Below, piece after piece: positions 10,224-23,400 of a stretch of 59,563 nucleotides of DNA. The stretch covers positions 1 through 59,563 of the forward strand of contig MEDY01000159.1 in the NCBI GenBank assembly GCA_001724265.1, given 5' to 3'. The position numbers were made by a program, and so were the translations under genes. How positions within the stretch are numbered: position 1 is the first letter of the stretch; each line of letters begins with the position of its first letter. The notes under the pieces are model-generated. The model made no database searches, had not been told where the DNA came from, and was given only the letters and a program-made list of their open reading frames with translations. Source of the stretch: Rhizaria sp. SCN 62-66. Lineage: Eukaryota.

Positions 10224-13200
10224 ATGTCGCAGCGCCGCAGCACGTCGGTGTACTCCCGGCGTCACGTGGGCAGCGCGGCCGCCGCGGCCGACTCTGGCGG
10301 CGCCGACTCCGGCGGCGCCGATTCTCCCGCTGCCCCGCTGGCCCCGCCCACGCCCGCCGCCTCTGGCTCGACCTCCGCCGGCGCGCTGCCCGCGGGAATC
10401 GTGATTCCGCCCGCGCTCTCGCGGCGCGGCACCGCGGCTGCGGCGACCCCGCTGGCGGACGGCATGCTCCCTACTCCGCTGCCCTCATCCTCTTTTTCCT
10501 CGTCCTCGCTCTCCGCCAACGCTCTCGCCGCGTCGTCGTCGTCGTCGCTGTCCTCGATCGTCTCGGGCGCGGTTTTCCGCGGCGGCAGCGACGCCGACGG
10601 CGCCGGCGGCCTCACCCCGTCGGCCGCGGGCGACTACAGCGGTAGCGGCATCGGCTACGACGACGATGTCGACGCGGGTCCCAGTCACCGCCCGCCGCGC
10701 GCCTCGGCCTCCGCGTCGGCCTCTGCCTCCGGCGCCGGCGCGGGCGGCCCCGGCCGCGGGCGCAAGCGCGGCGCCCCCGTTTCCGCCGCGGCCTCGGCTG
10801 ACGGCAGCGACGGCGCGGGCGCGGGCGCCGACAGCGGCGTGCTTGGGGGTGGTGGTGCCACGCCCGGCCTCGGCGGCCGCCGCGCCAGCAGCAGCGCGCG
10901 CGGCGGCGGCGGCGGCGGCGGCGCGCTTGGGCTGACGGTGCTGACGGCGAGCAGCAGCAACAGCGGCGGCGGCGCCATGGACGACGGCGACGGCGGCATC
11001 GACTCACGGTCTCTCTCACGGTCCCAGTCGCGGTCCCAGTCGCGCTCGCGCTCGCGGGCCGCGGGCAGCCGGTCCCAGTCGCGATCGCGCTCGCGGCTGC
11101 CCACGGGCGCGGCGACGCCCATGGGCGACGGCGACGGCGACGAGTCGGGCTACTACCGCCAAGCCGGCCAGGGCGGGGGCTACATGTCCGCCCTCAGCGG
11201 CAGTGCGACTCCGATGAACAACAACAGCAACAACGCCGGCGACGGTGACGACGGAGACGGCGACAACGAGGAGGCCGAGGACGGAGACGACCAGGGCGAA
11301 GGCCGCAACAGCTTCAACCGCAGTGGCCTCACCACCGACAACGACAACGACAATGACGATGACGACAACGACGACGGTGAGAGCGGAGAGAACGCGGGCG
11401 CTGCGAGCGACAGTGCTTCGGGCGCCACGCCCACTGCGCAGACGCCCACCGCCGGCGCCGTCACGTCGACCACGGCGGCCACGGCGGCCGCGGCAGCCGC
11501 GGCGCATCGCCGGCGCGCTGGCGGCGGCAACAGCAACAGTAACAACAACAACGCGGACGCGTCGGCGACCGCCGCGGCAGCGGGCGGCAACGCGGGCAAC
11601 CGGCCCAGCGGCGCGGGCTACGGCGGCGGCGGCAACAGCGCGCGCGGCGGTGCGCAGAAAAAGAAGAACGAGAAGAAGACTCCGACGTACGACCTGTCTA
11701 ACCTGAGCGCGGTGATCCCCGACGACTTCGGCGTGTTGTGCTTCGTCAACGGGACGTTCCTGCAGGCCAAGATCGTGCAGTCGCGGCCTTTGGCGGGTAT
11801 CACGCTCGACTCGCAGCAGATCGTGCCGACGCCGTTCCCGCCCGAGACGCTGCCGTACGACTACGAGACGCACGAGTTCGTCTACTACGTCCACTTCATC
11901 CGGTGGGACCCGCGCATGGACGAGTGGGTTTCGCGCGACCGCATCCGCTTCCCGCACGAGCTACGCCGCTTCCAGCCGCTGCCGGAGCCGCCGGGGCCAG
12001 CGTCGACGCACACGCCGCTGGCCGTGCTCAAGCGTGCGGGCTTCGACGTCACAACTGAGACGCCCGCGGCCGCGCTGCCGAGCGTCGCCCGCGTCATCAA
12101 CGGCCGCCTGGGCAGTACCATCGTCCTCTCGACGCCCGTCGCGCGGCCACCGGTCCCCACGCAGGGCTTCGGCGCCGCTGGCGCGGGCGCGGGCGCCGCG
12201 GGCGGGGTCCCGGGGGCGCCCGGCGCGCCGGGGGCCAACTCGGGCGCGGGCTTCGGGCCCAACGGGTTCATCATCATCCCCACTGTGCCCGCGCCGACTG
12301 CGCACGGTCACGGGCACGGACACGGGCACGGACACGGACACGGACCCGGCGGCGGCGGCGCGGGGGCCGTGGCGGCCGCAGTGGCGGGCGCGGCGGGCGC
12401 GGGCGCGGCGGGAGCCGCGGGCGGCGGCACAGGCGGCGGCGAGGCGGGCACCATGGGCACGGACGCAGGCATTGTCGTCACGGAGCACTCGGAGGGCGTT
12501 CTCCAGGGCCCGATCCTCGCCGACGAGCTGGAGGCTGCCAAGAAGCTCCGCAACAGCTCCGCCGCGGGCTCGGGCGACGACAGCAACAGCAACAGCAATA
12601 GCAACAGCGCCGATGCCGGTGCCGGCGGTGGCGGTGCGGCTGCGGAGGCTGGCGTCAAGACTGAACCAGGGACTGAAGCTGCTCCTGTCAAGAAAGAGGT
12701 ACGCTTTCGCTGTGAACAAAACCACTAGCTTTACTTATTTATGCTCCATTATTTCCATTGTATTTTGCCACTTTTGAAATCGAGCTGGAGATGTTCAACC
12801 TTATATCCATGGTTTTCTGTTTTCTATCTTGTTCTCTTTTTTTTTTTTTCTCTTGTTTTCGTTTGCTTTGTACAGGAGGGCGCTGCGAACAAGAGCGACG
12901 TGGCGATTGCCAAAGCGATGGAGGCTGCCAAGGCCGCCGCGCGCGTCAACGCCGCCAGAGCCGAGCCCCTGGAAGCCGCGTTCCAGCTGCTGTATTATCC
13001 GCTTCCGGAGCCTGGGGCGTCGTTCCCGCACATCCGCGTGGAGTCGCTGTCGGAGGCGCTGACTTTGCAGGTCGAGGACGACGACGACCACCACGACCAC
13101 GCGACGCGCGTCAAGAACCTCAACGACATCGTCATCGGGCAGTACATTATGCCCACGTGGTACTATTCCCCGTTCCCCGAGCAGTACCGCTCCACCAAGC

Positions 13201-14703
13201 GGCTTTACTTCTGCGACACGTGTCTGGCGTACTTTGCGCACAGCAGCGAGGTGGATCGGCACCGGCGCAAGTGCACGGTCAAGCACCCGCCCGGGAACGA
13301 GATCTACCGCTCGCAGGAGACCAACGTGATGATCGCGATGTTCGAGGTCGACGGGCTCAAGGAGCGCGTCTTCTGCGAGTCGCTGTGCTACATCGCGAAG
13401 CTGTTTCTCGACCACAAGACGCTGCACGAGGACTGCTCCATCTTCCTCTACTACGTGCTGTGCGAGGTCACGCCGCGCGGCTGCGCCGTGGTGGGCTACT
13501 TCTCCAAGGAAAAGGTCTGGACGCTGAACAATCTCGCGTGTATCCTTACGCTGCCGTGCCATCAGCGTAAGGGATACGGCAAGTTCCTCATCTCGATGTC
13601 CTACGAGCTGGCCAGGATTGAGGGACGCATCGGCGGGCCTGAGCGCCCGCTCTCCGATCTCGTACGTTGTGATCGCAATTCGGCAATGTTATGAACTGAA
13701 ATGAAACGTGCTCGTCTGGACAAAGGTTTTAGCACATCTCGCGCTCCTAATGATGTTCATTTTTTAAATAATTTTTTTAAACTGTGCTTATATGCATTCG
13801 CTCAATTATTTGCATCCCATTGATGTGTATTATTTTCTCCTCTTTGTTCTACAGGGTCGCGTGTCATACATCCACTACTGGCAGGAGCAGATCGCTAACG
13901 TGCTCCAACGCATCCTGACCCAGTACCGCACGCTCGCGGCCGCCGAGGGCAGCTCTGTCGCTCTCCCGGCGGCGCTGACCTCGAAGGACAGCGACGGCGT
14001 CGACGTCACGAAGCCCCTCTCCGGCCCGCCGCCACCGCCCTCGAGCAATTCCAGTTCCAGCGCGGTCAACTCTAGCGGCGCCGCGAGCAGCAGCTCGTCG
14101 AGCGCGATCACGGCGCTGTTGTCGCCGCCCGCGGCGTCGCTGCCTAACTCGCCCGGGCTGGCCATCGCGCTGGGGCAGGAGCCCGAGGTGAGTCTGGACG
14201 AGCTGGCGCGTCTCTGCCACATCCAGATCAACGACATCCAGGTACGCGTTGTCTCACTAAATCACGCTATTTGATACCATATATTGCAATTATAACATAT
14301 AATGCAGCTATGCTGTGGTATATTGTATTTGATATCTGTATTGTTAAAATCATCGCTAAATTTTAACATCTTTGGCTTACATTCTTGTGTTTTTGTCTCC
14401 CTGCTGTCGACTTCTGTGTGTGCACAGGACACGTTGCGCGAGCACAACATCCTGGCCTGGGACAAGGGCTCCTGGGTGCTGTCCTGGTCGCGCCTTGAGG
14501 CCTACTGGCAGGGGCTCCGTGAGCGCGCCAACAAGGTCAAGGAGCGCGAGGAGGCGATGCGCAAGGCCGGCAAGGAGCCGCCGAAGCGCATCAACGTGCG
14601 CGGCGCCATCGCGGAGAAGATTCACTGGACGCCGTGGCAGCCGGCACAGATCACGCAGGTGATCAAGCGGCGCAGGATTGACGACGGCGGCGACGGGCAG
14701 TGA
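10224..14703 (+). CDS. MYST-family histone acetyltransferase (Esa1/Tip60/MOF-like) with chromo/tudor-knot domain; 4 exons, ~1307 aa
   Basis: Exons 10224-12698, 12876-13661, 13855-14241, 14428-14703, all GT-AG phase 0. Motifs: YYVHFIRWDPRMDEWV, C2HC finger LYFCDTC...HRRKC, HPPGNEIYR, KLFLDHKTL, LACILTLPCHQRKGYG. PERPLSDL|GRVSY is restored across intron 2. Stop TGA. Confidence 0.93.
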
Positions 14704-15112
14704 GTGTGGCAGGGTGTGGCAGACAGTGTTGTGTGACGCGGCATGCATCAAGCCACATTGCGTTGATGACTCGCGCATCCTTGGAATTGAATGATGGCCG
14801 AATCTGGATATCCAGGAAGATATATATATACTGTGACTTAAATAAACAACTGCTAGTTGATTATTATTCTCATGTTTGTGCATCAGAATCATGTTGTCTT
14901 TCATCACAAGTGCTGAATTGGACCAGCAAACTCAGCAATGAACGACTATTGTTCGTATGTCGAGCTACCCCAGTGAGAACGTGTTGTTATTTGCCGGTAC
15001 AGCACAAAATATAAACTATGTATTAATGGATTGCAAATGCGAAAATAAAGTTGCTGGCTTGGTGCCACTAACGACTCTGTCAACGTGAAAAAGGCCGTCG
15101 AGGATGTTTGCG

Positions 15113-17384
15113 TCACTCGATGTTATTGTCCGCAAGTAGTTTCATCTTCATCATCTTCTTCTTTTTCTTCGCCGCCAACAGCGCAGCCTCCGCCGCCGCA
15201 ACACTACTCGCACTTGCACCTGTGTTCGAGGCCGACGAGTCGGACTGATCGGACTGCGAGCCCTTCTGCTGGTGCTGCATCTGCATCGCCGAGATTGCCA
15301 CGGCGCCGCGCACGGAGGTCACGCCCACGCCCACAGCAGCCTTGCCGCGCGCCTCGGCCGCGGCCTCCTTGGCCAGCTTCGCCTTGGCCTTCGCGGCCGC
15401 GGCCGCAGCGTCTAAGGGGGTACTTAGACCGAGACTCGCAGCCTGCGCAGCCTGCACAGCGGCCGCGCGCTTCTGGAGGTTGTTCTTCTCCTTCTTGCTC
15501 ATCGCGACGCCCGCGTGCAGCTCCGGCCGCGGCTGCGGCGCGTCGGCCACCAGCACAGCCGCCTGAGACACCGCGGCCTTCGCGACCTGATCGACCGCAT
15601 CTCCGGTCCTTTTTGTTGCTGCTGAGGTCGAGTCGGGGCGAGGACGCTTCGCGGCAAACGCGACGTCCGCGTCCGCGTCGTCGTCGTCATCATCGCCATC
15701 ACCACCAGCAGCTGCAGAGCCCTGTTTCTGCCTCTGTTGCTGCGTCTGCGCGAGCGAGACGGGCACGGCGGCGCGCGCGCCCTGGAGCCGCCGCAGCCGC
15801 TGCAGCCGCTGCGCCGGGCCCTGGAAGACCGCCGTCGCCAAGAACTCGGGGAACGACTGCGTGAACGCGGCAAGCGCGGCCGACACCGTGGCCGTGGTCC
15901 TGGGCGCCGTGCTGCTCGCTAGAGGCGGCAGAGCACCGTCGCTGCCGCCGCTGTTGTTGTTACCGCGATTGTTCTGGTTGTTGTGCTTATTGTGCTTATT
16001 GTCCCTCGGTCGCTGCTGCTGCTGCTGCTGGTTGGCGTTGCTGCTGCTCGGCGTGGCGGCGGCAGCGACTGGGGCATCGGCGGGCAAGCCCTGCAGCTGG
16101 CGCGAGCCGCCGCCGTGGGGAGTGACCGTGAGCGCCGGCCCACTCACGGTGGGGAACGCGCGGGAACCCGTGGGGTCGCGGGTGGCGGCCGCGGCGGCGT
16201 CTGTGGCCAGGGCGGCGGCCTCGGCGGCGGAGATGTCGAAGCTGACGTCTTTGGGGCCGAAGATGCCGCTCGGGGTGAAGGTGGGAGCGCTCGACTGCAG
16301 TCTGAGTTGCAGTGCAAAAACAGAACGAACACGTATGATATGTGAATATATTGTCATGTTATTTCAATATCTTTGCAAACAAATGTAAATTACACTGCTT
16401 TATAAGCTCATATGCAATTAATGGCAAAACATCAAGTAATATATCGTGCTTTGTTCAGGCTTTGCATCGAACGTACTTGTGGATGGCGGCGGCCAGCGAG
16501 GGGTGGCCCAGCGCAGTCTTCTTGAAGCCCACGGTAACGGCGGTGCGGAGACCGAAGCAGTGGCCAAGCAGCGGGGAGGCGCATGAGAGCCCGATCATCG
16601 GGGTGCGCGCCAGGGCGGCCAGCGGAGGCAGATGCGACAGGAGCGGGTACGAGGCCGCGGACTGGAGACGACATAGCAAGGAATAGCATACAAAAAAAGA
16701 ATAGCAAGAAATTGTAAGACAAAGGTGAAAATACGGCTACAGCGTGTTATATTCTATCATATAACACGTATTCCCTCTTAGATAAAGCTGCGACTCCTGA
16801 TGAGAGCACGTACGGGAATGCAGAGGAGGACCAGGCAGAGCTCCTTGCTCTCGAGCGCGCGCGCAACGCTGTTGACGCCGACGGCGAGCAGCGTGCACAC
16901 CGCGGGGTACGCCACGCGGCGCAGCGCGCGGCCGCGGTCCGAGTCGGCGAGGAAGTCCTCGCCTGCGGCGGCCGCGGCGGCCAGAGCGGCGGGCGCGAGC
17001 ACGGCGTCGGCGGGGGCGTCGAGGGGAAAAGTCTCGCTGAGCAGGGCCAGCACGGCGTCTGTCACGGGCTGCGAAACGGGCGGCCTGAAGGGAATTGCAA
17101 CAGTAACGGCACCATGAGCGGTTTGACATGTGAAGTATGTCGAAGTTAGAATGTGAGTGGATTCGTTGCCATTGTGATGAGATTGAAAGGGAATAGCTCA
17201 AGTAAGACAAGATGGGTGGTGGGATCGCGCGCAGGAGGTGATGACAATGCGACAAGCTCATAGCGCAGGCTACAACGTACCAGTTGGTTGTGATGCCACT
17301 GAGAAGAGTCGGGCGGTAGATGGGGCGACGCGATTGCTGGTTGTGGTGGTGGTTGTGGTGGCCACCGCCCTTGCTCGCACTCAT
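15113..17384 (-). CDS. RPP38: RNase P/MRP subunit RPP38/POP3-like (L7Ae fold) with long low-complexity C-terminal extension; 4 exons, ~582 aa
   Basis: Exons 17384-17281, 17084-16814, 16661-16477, 16301-15113 with consistent phases. Motifs LAVGVNSVARALESKELCLVLLC, PLLSHLPPLA and FGLRTAVTVGFKK resemble Rpp38 (LAIGVNEVTRALE...SHL...GLK..LALAFKK). Stop TGA. Confidence 0.75.
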
Positions 17385-17779
17385 CTGGGCACTAGGGTCA
17401 CGGAGATAGTCGCTTGAAAGGGGTGCTGCTACAGAAGCGAATTGACAAATAAAAAGAAGTTATAATCCATCAAAATTTTGCGTGGGGTAGAGCTAGATGC
17501 GTATTGACGATCAGAATCTCGAACTCTGATCATTGGCAAATCGTTGAGTGGTCAGGTTGCGCCACTCTGCCGAAGCAAGCCCAGACAGAAACAAGGCGCA
17601 AACTTACATAATCACGAAGCACATCTGTATATGAGTAATGTCAATCACGGTCAAACTCCAATATATCGTTAAATTTTGTAGTTTGTATTTAATAGTAGTA
17701 GAGATTCGTCGCGGTGGCCTAATCTATGCCAACATAATGTTATTTGAAATAAGAACTTGTCAGGATATGTGCCACAACT

Positions 17780-20212
17780 TCACTTCTTAACATTGCCGAA
17801 CGTGCCCTTGGACCCCGCCAGCAGCTTCTTCAGGTCGCCCACAGTCACCTGCACGACTTCCTCACCGTCGCCTGCCACCACCTTGCCGTCCGGCCCCACC
17901 ACAATCACCTCCTGGTCCCCGCTCCCGCTATCCTTGCTGTCGCCCTCGCCCTCTCTCTGGTCGTGGCCGTGGTCGTGGTTGTGGCCGTGGCTGCGGCGCT
18001 CCTTCTGCTCCTTGAGCGCCTTGATCAGCTCCGCGTAGAGGAACTTGACGTCGTACTGCATGCCGTACCAGTAGTTGACCGCGATCGTCACGCCCTCCTG
18101 CTTCACCGCGTGGAACCACAGTCCCGGCAGGTACAGCGCCTGCCCCGCGCCCACAGTCACCTGGTACTTGGACAGCGCGCCGAAGTCGACCCGCAGCCCG
18201 TCGCCCTTGCGCGGCCGGTCCACGTCGACGTCCAGCCACGGCACCAGCTGCAGCTCGCCCGCCCCCGCCCCCGCCTCGTCACTAGGGCCGCCTCCCGTCA
18301 GATCGAGCACGGTGTGGAAGCGGCCGCAGACGGCGGGCACGATCGGCGGCACCTCCTCCAGGTCCAGCACGGGCTTGCCCTGCCCCGCGGCCTCCGCGGC
18401 GGCCACCTTGGCCTTACGGGCGGCGATCTTGCGCAACACGGCCTCGGCCGCGGCCGTGGCCTCGGCGCCGGCCTCCGCGGCCTCAGCGGCGTCCGCGGCG
18501 GCCGCGGCGATCGCGGCGGAGCTACTGCCCGCAGCCTCGGCGGCCTCGGCGGCGGCGGCGGCGGCGGTCGCGGCGGAGGCCTGCGCGCGCGCGATGGCCG
18601 CGTCGATCGTGGCCTGGTCCGGCATCGGCGCAACCAAATCGTCGTCATCCTCGCTCTCGTCGTCGTCGTGAGCGCCAGCAGCACTGCCGCTCGCGCCGTC
18701 CTCGCTCTTGCCCTTGCCCTTGCTGGCCCTGAGGGAGGAGTGCTTGTAGAGCGGGTGGGCAGGCGCCGAGGTCGGGGGCGCGCCGCGGACCCAATGCGCC
18801 TTGGGCAGCGCCTTGCGGCTCAGCCAATACTCGTCCGCGGGCGGCAGCAGCGTGAAGTGCTTCTTGCCGCGCACCACGCAGTAGATGTTCTCGTACGGGT
18901 CGCTGTGCATCGACGACGTCGCGCGACCGTCGCCCTACACGGGGTGCGGAGGAGCAAGATAGAGAGACAAACAAGGAGTACAGATAGCAACTTGAAGTTG
19001 AGGAATTGCAAAAGAATTTGGAAATGATACAAATGTGTGATTCTTCTATACTGATGGTAGAAAGCGGTGCATTTAAGGAATGATGACGTACCATCCAGAA
19101 GTTGACCGCCTCGGGCGCCTCCCCGAAGGCGTCATCCGCAAAGGGCAGCGCCAGCGCCGCGTCAGCGTGCAGGGCGGCGAACTCGCCCGAAAAAGACGAG
19201 TTCTGGTGCTGGCAGTACGGCACGCCGTCGGGCTTTTGCTTGGGCCCCACCACCGCTCCGCTCGCGCTATTGCTGTTGCTGTTGCTGCTGCTGTTGCTGC
19301 TGTTGTTGCTGTTGTTGTCAACGGAGTCGGCCACGGTGGCGCTCTTGGCCGCATTGCTTTCAGTGCCCTGCGGCTCAGGCTCAGACCCAGCCGTCGCGGC
19401 CGCAGCGGCGGCCTGCGCCTGCGCCCGGACGTACGGCAGCTCGTCCCTGGCGGCAACGCTCTCCCCCTTAGCGGCCCTGAGCGCGCCCTCCTCGCTTCCG
19501 CCCTCCTCCAACAGGTCGATGAAGTCGCGGAAGGTCATGCGCTCCTCCACGGGCGTCACAAACAGACGGTCCTCGACAATGCAATCGCCGCGCCCGTCGG
19601 GTGTGAAGTCTACCGTGATTTTTTCGGAGCCGGCGGCGCGCTTGAGGTAGTCGTTGCTGCCCCATTTCGCGAAGGCGGCCCACCCCCAGTGCGCGAGCGC
19701 GCCGTCGATCAGCACAGGCTTGTTCTTGGCCACGTACTCGCGCAGAAACAGCAGCGGGGTCAGCTCCGAGGCGGGCACCACGTCGATGCTGGCCGCGCCC
19801 AAGAGGGGGAAGTCGCGCGCGAAAGCGCGCATCGGGAAGTCGGGGTCTGAGGTAGATTATCAAGGCACAAACAACAGCGAATATGAATATCATACAGATG
19901 AGTACATATGATAAAAGCAAGAGAGGGATGCGCGGAATATAACGTATTATATAGCATGTTGTTGTTATGTCAATATGTGGCTCGGTCTTGGTCGTCAAAG
20001 GCGAGTTGGTATCGTGAGTCTTGCAAGGAAGGTGACTTACCGGTGTAGTCAGTGGGGGGCTCGTCAAGCAGCGACGAGGAGGACGACGAAGACGCCGCGG
20101 CATCGTTATCTGCAGCTTGCGACGTGGTAGCTGTCTTGCCAGTCGCGGCGGCAACGGCGGCAGCGAGTTGCTCGATCACAGCGGCCTGTTCCTGCGGAGT
20201 GCGGGCAGACAT
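17780..20212 (-). CDS. JMJD7: JmjC 2-oxoglutarate/Fe(II) oxygenase, JMJD7-like; 3 exons, ~693 aa
   Basis: Exons 20212-20041, 19846-19092, 18934-17780. Motifs FLREYVAKNKPVLI, VDFTPDGRGD, YCQHQNS, AVNFWM|GDGRATSSMHSDPYENIYCVVRGKKHF, LYLPGLWFHAVKQ, IAVNYWYGM. The HxD...H iron triad is intact. Stop TGA. Confidence 0.88.
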
Positions 20213-20446
20213 CCGTGCGGGGGTACTCTCTGCGCAGGGGGCGAAGAAATGAATCGTGTTGCATAACGTGAGAAGAAGCGGTGTAAATGTGACTCAAATA
20301 TATAATTGTTAAATTCGTATTCTGTGCTTGCCTCTATTATATAATCGCCACTGACGGACTCCTCATCACACACACTATCTTTTCGTATCCTTGTCTTAGT
20401 CGACCAACTCGGCCGCGCCCACCATAGCTACATCAAAGATACGACG
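20213..20446. promoter_or_regulatory. Probable compact bidirectional promoter between JMJD7 and the 1893-aa gene
   Basis: 234-bp AT-rich spacer between divergent ATGs, with TATA-like AAATATATAA and TATTATATAA. Positional inference only. Confidence 0.4.
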
Positions 20447-23400
20447 ATGGAGACCTGCCAGCATCAACTTGCGGACCTCCTCGACCAGTGCACAGATAAG
20501 GATGTGCCACATCCCTTTGGCCGCACGTTATTCCACCTCTCATCACCCCGGCTCACTGCCCTGGTAGCCAACCTCGTGTCTGGCCCGCTCCCAGCCTCGT
20601 CCACCGACAGTAGTCCTTCCATCTCTGACTCAAACTCTAGCTCCGATGTTGCTTCTGACATGGTTTTGAATAGCTTTTCAGAGCCTGGTTTGCTGCAACT
20701 TGAGCCCCGGTGCTCCCCGTACGAGCTGGCGTGGCTCATCAACGCTGTCAACGCTGGCCTGACTAGGCAGCAACAGTACAAACAGCAACGGACATAGCAG
20801 CGCAAACAGGCTCAACAAGCCGAATAGCAAGAGCATGGTTTAGGGGCAGTACATGCTCTGCTGCTTTCGATATTTCCTCCCGAAGCCTCTGCAGAGTCGC
20901 CTCCCCACAGCAGCAACGGCTCTGCCCACGGTCGCCCTGACTCGTCTGCTCTGTTCCCTTCGTCACTCCTAGCTTCCGCCATGCTCGCTCCCGCGCTCCT
21001 GCGCGACATCTCGGCCGCCGTGGCCGTCGCTGTTGACGGCGCGGACCCGCTGTCCCCGCCGTTTATTAACTGGGTTGCTGGAGAGCTTGCCCCGCCCACC
21101 GCTGCCGCGCTCGCCGTGGTGCTCTTCCTCGTCGTCGCCGCCAACCCCGCCGCGGAGCTCGCGGGCGGCCTAACTTCCTCCGGAGGCAGCGGCGGGCTGT
21201 TTCCGACCGCCGGGCTGCTGGCGGCGCTGGGGGACATCGCCAGGATTGTGCGCGCGTGCTACGACAACGCTCTGGCCAACGCGAACGCTGGAGATCACAA
21301 CGACGCTAGCTCAGAGGGAAGCATTGCGCGCTGTGACGAGACGACTAGTGTGAGCAGCACGTGTGCCAGCGGCGGTGTCGCACTGGCGCGGAACGAAGTC
21401 GTGTTGTTAAGGGGACTTACAACACTCTGTGAAGCTCTGCACACGTCACTGTGTGACTGCGGCAGCAACAATAATGACATGGACAATAGTGAAACTGTTT
21501 GGAGGCATAGCAAGTGCCGCTTGCGTGAGTCAGTGCTGACTGACTTTGCAAAACAACTACTTGCGGTCACCAACGGATCTCGAACACATCCACAGCAACG
21601 GGTCGTTCATCGTGCTGAGCTGAGTCTTTACGCCAATATCGCTGGTGCGCTCACGGTGGGATCTGATGATATAACGCCAGACGCAATCAATATCTCTGTC
21701 GCTGTTGCTGGTGAGGCCGCGTGCGCCTTTGCAATGAACGCCTCGTTGAGTACTGTGGCGGCAACACGGTCACACTTGTGCTTATAGTCTCCAACACACT
21801 CACGGTCGTCTCGGGCGCAGCCTCAGTCTCTGTCGCAGTTCAGGGGCGCCTTCGCGCTGCGGCCCCGTGCGTTGCTCGTGCGCACCCTTGTCGCGCCGGC
21901 GATGGCAGCCGCGGCGGGTTTGCTGTGTCCCGAGGCAGTGGCGTCGGGCGGGTTCCGGGACTACTCGCGGGGCAACCTGAGCGCGCTGTCGCAGAGGACT
22001 GCAGCGGAGACGGGGAAATTAGCCGCGCTCGATAGCGTTGGCAGCAACGAGGATGTCAATGCAAGCGGCAGTGGCAATGTTAGTCGCAAGGCGGGACAAA
22101 CGTCGCAGTCGTATCGCGCGACGACAACGCTGCTCGTCACCGGCGCGGCTCCACATTCCTCCCTTGCAACAGCCTTGACGTTTGCAGATGAGGATAAGAA
22201 CTCGTCGTCGTTTGTTGGCTTGCGACCCGGCCTGACTTCGGCAGATGCTGATGGCCCGGCTTCTGAGAACGGGTATGCCTCGAACTCGAGTTTTGCGTCG
22301 AGTGCAAGTTCTAACTCTAGCGCCAGTGCAAGTGCGAATGACAGCCGTAATGACTCGAGCGGCTTTAGCGATGGGAAGCTTGCCGGCAGCACTAGTGATA
22401 AAGATGAGCCCGTGACTGCAAGTACGCTACATGAGTGGTTTACTGCACTGACAGAGCACGAAATCTTGGCGAACGACAACGTTGACTGCCAAAGCTGTTC
22501 CAACGAGAAGTCTCATGGGTCAATTTGCAAATCACCCAGCCAGTGCCTCTCGCAGCTGCTGTGGGCAGTCAGCCGCGCTCTGCAGACGCCGATGGCGCTA
22601 CCCGCGCCGTTCGACCCTCTGGCTCACATTACCGCGGCGGGTGGCGCCACGACGCTTGGGTTCGGCGCGGGCTCTGGCCGCGGCAGCGCAAGCCCGCGTG
22701 TTGACGTAGGGAAAGCGACGACTGTGGTCGCGCCGTGGCAAGTGCTGCCGTTCCACCTCTTGGCCAAGATCGCCACTGCCGCTGCTGCCACGGCGGCTGG
22801 CATTGCCGCGGCCTTGACGGATACAACAGCTACTGCAGTATCTTCGGCGAGTTCTAGTGCTGCCTGTGATCACGCGCGGAGCGACTGCGAGCGCAAGAGT
22901 GACTGTGGGTCAGACAATCAGGGTGGGCATATTGACAGTTCGCTGCTATCATGCCCTACGGCCACAACTTCCCCGCTCGCTCCGTTTGTTGCCTCCCTGC
23001 TCAAACCATTGGAGTTGAAGACAATGTGCGTCACTGCGCTGCACGACCGGTACGAATCCGCCCTGGTCACTGTCGCCGCGCGCCGCCGCGCACTCGCTTT
23101 CTCTGCGCCCACCGCGGCCACTGGTGACGCGGCGGGCTATACGAGCAGCGTGAACAGTGCGAAAGAAGCGGGGGCGAAGGCAGTGCTGAGTTTGCCGTCG
23201 CCGCTGCGGTGTCTGAATGAGCTGCTGTTAGTTGAGGACGAAGACAACACGATCCTCTGTTCTAGCAATATCAACAGAAACAGCGCGAAAGGTGGCAGTC
23301 ATAACAAGACCGCTCGCGTCAGCGCAAGTGGAGACGCTCCCGCCACAAGTGCCAGCGAGCATGTCCTCGCCCCGCTGTCCGCGCTGCTCTCACGGTCGCT

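Noticed and set aside
20795-21787. Pyrrolysine or programmed single-gene read-through
   Set aside because: TAGs occur in four unrelated genes, up to three per gene, with no shared downstream context. No pyl genes are present, and pyrrolysine is not known in eukaryotes.
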